Part shown: positions 62,101 through 64,000 of the stretch, in pieces | Position numbering within the stretch: the first letter of the stretch is position 1 | How the letters are laid out: each line of letters starts with the position of its first letter | Source: Oscillospiraceae bacterium | GTDB lineage: Bacteria; Bacillota; Clostridia; Oscillospirales; Ruminococcaceae | Reading direction: 5' to 3' | DNA length: 64,000 nt | Assembly (NCBI GenBank): GCA_017461245.1 | Contig: JAFTYW010000036.1 | Coordinates: 17,829 to 81,828, forward strand | Made by a program: the position numbers and the translations under genes | Notes under the pieces: model-generated | Database searches by the model: none | Told to the model about the DNA's origin: nothing | Seen by the model: only the letters and a program-made list of their open reading frames with translations

Positions 62101-64000
62101 TTATTTTATTTCGGTTACTTTATAGCCGTTTTGCTCTATAAGAGTTTTAAGAGCGTCGTCTGAGATCTCAGCGTTTAAGGTTAAAACTGCGGTGCCGCTC
62201 TTGTGGCTGACCTCTGCGCTATCTACCTCGCTCAGCGCTTCAAGAAGTCCCTTTACTCTTGCCTCGCAATGAGGGCACATCATTCCTTCGATTTTCATTG
62301 TTTTTGTCATTTTCTTTTTCTCCTTTTTGTTTGTTTTTTCTGCTTTAAAGAAGTTAAGTCTTAACGCATTGGTTACAACGCAGAAGCTCGAAAGGCTCAT
62401 TGCCGCCGCGGCAAACATTGGGTTTAGCTGCCAACCGAGCAGACCTATAAATGCGCCTGCGGCAAGCGGAATGCCGATTATGTTATAGATAAACGCCCAG
62501 AACAGATTTTGCCTGATATTCGTCAGCGTTTTTCGGCTGAGTCTGATAGCAGTTACAACGTCCATAAGGCTGCTGTTCATCAGCACTATGTCGGCAGAGT
62601 CAATAGCAATATCAACTCCCGCTCCGATCGCAATTCCTATATCGGCGCTGGTGAGGGCGGGCGCATCGTTAATTCCGTCGCCAACCATTATCACCTTGCC
62701 CTGCTCTTTAAATCGGGAGACCTCCCTTTCCTTTCCGTCGGGGAGAACGCCTGCAATGATCTCGTCAACGCCCGCCGCCTTGCCTACAGCATTGGCGGTT
62801 TTTTGGTTATCACCGGTAAGCATTACTACCTTAAGACCAAGCGCCTTAAGCCGTTTTATAGCCTCTGCGCTATCCTCTTTTATCTTGTCTGCTACCGCAA
62901 TAATTCCAAGCATCTTGCCGTCAAGGCTGAAATAGAGCGGTGTTTTGCCCTCTGATGCGAGTGCATTTCCCTTAGTGAGCAAGTTTTCGGGGAGATTTTC
63001 TATATATTCAGCGTTTCCGCCGACAAGCTTTTTGCCGTCAAGGGTAGCGGAAAGTCCCCTGCCCGACACGACCTCTAAATTATCCACGTCTTTAAGGGGG
63101 CAGCCTTTTTGCTCTGCGTATCTTATTACGGCATCTGCAAGCGGATGCTCGCTTTTTTTCTCAAGAGCGTAGGCAGCGGCAAGAAGCTCAGCCTCATCTA
63201 CGCCGTCTGCCGCAATTATATCGGTTACGTCGGGTCTGCCCTGCGTTATTGTGCCCGTTTTATCAAGCACGACTATATTGGTTTTGCCTGCCGCCTCTAA
63301 GGATGCGGCGGTTTTGAAAAGAACTGCGTTTTTGGCTCCGACGCCGCTTGCAACCATAATTGCAACGGGCGTTGCAAGGCCGAGAGCGCAGGGGCAGCTT
63401 ATAACAAGCACCGAAATTCCTCGTGCCAAAGCAAATCCGATTTCCTTATCTAAAAGCAGCCAAACAACTGTTGTTATCGCCGCAATGGCAAGCACCACGG
63501 GAACAAAAATCCCCGAAACCTTATCGGCAATTTTGGCAATGGGCGCCTTCGAGGCTGACGCCTGCTCCACCATTTTGATTATCTGCGAAAGTGTGGTCTC
63601 CTCGCCGACTCGCTCGGCTCGGCACTTGATATATCCCGTTTTATTAACGGTTGCGGCGGAAACTCTGTCGCCAACGCTCTTTTCTACGGGTAAGCTCTCA
63701 CCCGTCAGCGCCGACTCGTCAACGCTGCAGCCGCCCTCTATAACTACTGCATCGGCAGGGATATTTCCACCCGCTTTTACAACAAAAATATCGTCTTTTC
63801 TAAGCTGCTCGGTAGGTATAACTACCTCTTTTCCGTCACGAATTACAGTTGCGGTCTTTGGCGAAAGCTCCAAAAGGCCTTTTATGGCGTCGGTAGTTTT
63901 GCCTTTTGAATGAGCCTCCAAAAGCTTTCCGACGGTGATAAGAGTTAAGATCATAGCCGCCGACTCAAAATAAAGGTCGTGCAGTCCATGGGCCGCATCA
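62101..64000 (-). CDS. copA: Heavy-metal (Cu+-type, CPC) P1B-type ATPase with a C-terminal HMA domain; the N-terminus lies beyond the right edge
   Basis: [26 protein letters not shown]. The frame stays open upstream of the track Met at 63954 (...[21 protein letters not shown]...). The C-terminus carries [15 protein letters not shown]. Confidence 0.9.
   Translation of the reverse strand, partial: DAAHGLHDLYFESAAMILTLITVGKLLEAHSKGKTTDAIKGLLELSPKTATVIRDGKEVVIPTEQLRKDDIFVVKAGGNIPADAVVIEGGCSVDESALTGESLPVEKSVGDRVSAATVNKTGYIKCRAERVGEETTLSQIIKMVEQASASKAPIAKIADKVSGIFVPVVLAIAAITTVVWLLLDKEIGFALARGISVLVISCPCALGLATPVAIMVASGVGAKNAVLFKTAASLEAAGKTNIVVLDKTGTITQGRPDVTDIIAADGVDEAELLAAAYALEKKSEHPLADAVIRYAEQKGCPLKDVDNLEVVSGRGLSATLDGKKLVGGNAEYIENLPENLLTKGNALASEGKTPLYFSLDGKMLGIIAVADKIKEDSAEAIKRLKALGLKVVMLTGDNQKTANAVGKAAGVDEIIAGVLPDGKEREVSRFKEQGKVIMVGDGINDAPALTSADIGIAIGAGVDIAIDSADIVLMNSSLMDVVTAIRLSRKTLTNIRQNLFWAFIYNIIGIPLAAGAFIGLLGWQLNPMFAAAAMSLSSFCVVTNALRLNFFKAEKTNKKEKKKMTKTMKIEGMMCPHCEARVKGLLEALSEVDSAEVSHKSGTAVLTLNAEISDDALKTLIEQNGYKVTEIK

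Noticed and set aside
63251-63913. 220-aa plus-strand ORF, and also 62509-62955 and 62588-62935.
   Set aside because: They are antisense to the P-type ATPase, which carries all hallmark motifs.
1-64000. Searched by eye for tRNA/rRNA genes, transposases, integrases, phage genes, restriction-modification or other recognisable defence genes, and toxin-antitoxin pairs.
   Set aside because: None were found. All ORFs above 60 aa that are not shadows are accounted for by the features listed. A tRNAscan/Infernal run would be needed to exclude small RNAs formally.

Overview
The window looks like chromosomal DNA from a Bacillota, class Clostridia-type anaerobe. This is inferred from gene content and synteny only; no database search was possible. 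About 75 % of it is conserved housekeeping. On the minus strand there is a long block: rny-ymdB-yicC-remA-gmk-rpoZ-priA-def-fmt-(Zn peptidase)-rsmB-rlmN-stp-prkC-rsgA-thiN. There is also darA-holB-ricT-ferredoxin, maf-lplA, pyrR, a GMP-synthase-like gene, luxS and nagB. On the plus strand there are two NitT/TauT-type ABC transporters, a potABCD operon, a Mn riboswitch-mntP unit, a GH3 glycosidase, and a copA-type P-type ATPase cut by the right edge. Four regions stand out. (1) A single 13.8-kb ORF (2146-15903, minus) encodes a 4,585-aa signal-peptide-bearing mosaic protein. It is built from duplicated unknown beta-sandwich-like modules, about 30 Cys-rich mini-repeats, four BspA-type LRR arrays and prealbumin-like repeats, with no recognisable anchor. 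An unannotated 39-codon ORF follows it, and two membrane-signalling repressor pairs bracket it: BlaI/BlaR1-like on one side and SdpR/SdpI-like on the other. (2) A precursor-less RiPP-like cassette (49293-50728) encodes an HPr-kinase-like P-loop protein, a PqqD-type chaperone and a Ser/His signal-peptidase-like protease. It sits at the end of a maf-lplA operon. (3) Two structured 5' leaders do not match any riboswitch class I can recognise by eye: 40621-40806 and 56675-56910. (4) There are GC-rich palindromic intergenic elements at 35890-36017, 56445-56517 and 61874-62089. I saw no tRNA, rRNA, CRISPR array, transposase, integrase or phage genes. All coordinates of sub-gene modules are hand-mapped and approximate (plus or minus about 15 nt). 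No GC content, alignment score or homology search was computed.
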